Positions 63,705 through 64,000 of a stretch of DNA of 64,000 nt are shown here, one piece after another (position 1 is the stretch's first letter; every line of letters starts with the position of its first letter). A program made the translations under genes and the position numbers. A model generated the notes under the pieces. It was not told where the DNA came from, searched no databases, and saw nothing but the letters and a program-made list of their open reading frames with translations. Where the stretch lies: assembly GCF_006345805.1 (NCBI RefSeq), contig NW_021833455.1, forward strand, positions 1-64,000, written 5' to 3'. Origin of the DNA: Octopus sinensis (taxonomy: Eukaryota).

Positions 63705-63765
63705 CTCTTTTCAATGGCCTTGGTTTTTGTAACTTTGAAGTACGCGGAGCACGACCTTTGCATAT
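63705..63765 (-). CDS. Unidentified - strand gene, most upstream exon seen (ICKGRAPRTSKLQKPRPLKR)
   Basis: Acceptor gatttttgtttag|, consensus donor AG|GTAAGT; 61 nt, phase 0 to 1. The gene continues beyond the window. Confidence 0.75.
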
Positions 63766-64000
63766 CTAAACAAAAATCAATTTCATTCGTAAGTAAATGA
63801 ATAAAAATGAACTTTAAAAGATATGCATGTGTATATTAAAATAATATAATCAATAAAAAAAAAGAAAATATTGGTAAATTGCATAATTTAAATGAGAAAT
63901 CAAAATGTGAAAAAAATTAACACAAAAGGCAAGTCTGGGCTGTATTCCAATAAAATGCAGCATTTAAATTACTTTTGGGCTGTTTCATAATATTCTCTTC

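Noticed and set aside
1-64000. CRISPR array, Cas, TnpB/Fanzor or other RNA-guided nuclease locus
   Set aside because: No repeat-spacer array and no RuvC-like ORF seen; the mariner elements contain only transposase sequence.

Overview
AT-rich, microsatellite- and SINE-dense eukaryotic DNA, most likely from an octopus or related coleoid cephalopod (inferred from the repeat repertoire, not from a database search). Two spliced protein-coding genes can be rebuilt by eye. (1) A + strand 3-exon gene (2448-2481, 6065-6334, 9138-9337) encodes a 167-aa secreted protein: signal peptide, one chitin-binding type-2 (peritrophin-A/CBM14) domain, a Thr/Pro linker and an unrecognised Cys-containing C-terminal domain. 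(2) The last 8 exons of a large - strand gene (63765 down to 20976; 251 aa, all splice phases consistent) enter from beyond the right edge; I cannot name the product. It has a candidate alternative terminal exon (17394-17705) and a candidate poison exon (57119-57215). Mobile DNA: a nearly intact RTE-clade LINE (APE + RT + PHD-like finger, about 35.2-39.16 kb) with many 5'-truncated copies, two mariner relics plus a mariner MITE, piggyBac-like and Merlin-like MITEs, and several tRNA-derived SINE families. The most striking unexplained pattern is that at least four unrelated small repeat families carry a minimal, Penelope-type hammerhead-ribozyme-like motif (CUGANGA-N-stem-GAAA with a palindromic stem III). 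They often sit behind a tRNA-like Pol III head and repeatedly occur as a full copy fused head-to-head with an inverted partial copy. Several other local fold-back duplications lie in the introns of the - strand gene. Most ORFs in the supplied track are microsatellite or SINE artefacts. Repeat boundaries are approximate (about +/-10-20 bp); exon boundaries were counted to the base. Nothing was computed or searched.
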